This document shows positions 19,691 to 20,000 of a DNA stretch of 20,000 bases, piece after piece (the stretch's first letter is position 1; the number at the start of each line of letters is the position of its first letter). The position numbers were made by a program, and so were the translations under genes. A model generated the notes under the pieces. The model had not been told where the DNA came from. It saw only the letters and a list, made by a program, of their open reading frames with translations, and searched no databases. The stretch comes from a bacterium (GTDB lineage: Bacteria; JADJOY01): assembly GCA_046331705.1 (NCBI GenBank), contig JAXLQJ010000016.1, positions 115,780 to 135,779 of the forward strand, read 5' to 3'.

Positions 19691-20000
19691 ATGGCGATCG
19701 AAGTAGGGCAGTCTGTGACGTTCCCGTTCGCGGGAAGCTCGATGCAGGGCCTCGTCCTCGAGGTACACCCGAAGACCGTGGTGATCCGAGCGGATTTCCC
19801 CAATCACAAGGGAAAGATCGTGCGACGTCGGGTGCACGAGCTCGGCGACAAGGCCGGCGCCAAGGCCGAGGGCGGCATCGTCAAGCGCTTCCTCGAGTCG
19901 CGGCGAAAGGCGAAAGAGGACAAGGCGAAGGCGGCGAAGCAGGCTGCCAAGCAGGCGAAGGTCAAGGCGCGCGCCAAGGGCAAGGCAACCGCCGCGGAGT
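19691..20000 (+). CDS. Hypothetical protein (3'-truncated; not in the ORF track): small beta domain plus Lys/Ala-rich tail
   Basis: GAGG SD at 19679-19682, ATG 19691, open to the edge: MAIEVGQSVTFPFAGSSMQGLVLEVHPKTVVIRADFPNHKGKIVRRRVHELGDKAGAKAEGGIVKRFLESRRKAKEDKAKAAKQAAKQAKVKARAKGKATAAE; typical codon usage. Confidence 0.85.
   Translation, partial: MAIEVGQSVTFPFAGSSMQGLVLEVHPKTVVIRADFPNHKGKIVRRRVHELGDKAGAKAEGGIVKRFLESRRKAKEDKAKAAKQAAKQAKVKARAKGKATAAE

Overview
A very GC-rich bacterial chromosomal segment that is mostly core genome. Gene content and order look Deltaproteobacteria/Myxococcota-like; this is inference only. In order on the + strand: a secreted LamG-domain protein; a complete LIV-type (HAAT family) amino-acid ABC transporter (livK-H-M-G-F); an SCP-x/nsLTP-type thiolase; an orphan bioD; dksA translationally coupled to a 425-aa hypothetical gene; and an N-terminally membrane-anchored ftsY. 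Then smpB on the - strand, tRNA-Lys(CTT), tRNA-Leu(TAG), the classic tig-clpP-clpX-lon cluster, tRNA-Val(TAC), tRNA-Asp(GTC), and a truncated small-domain protein with a Lys/Ala-rich tail. I found no mobile element, CRISPR array, or defence system, and no convincing novel multi-gene system. The best leads are the uncharacterised proteins (ORF1 and its C-terminal motif, the dksA-coupled gene, the basic ORF after the tRNAs), a recurring promoter type that lacks the -7 T, and a probable promoter embedded in the last codons of tig.
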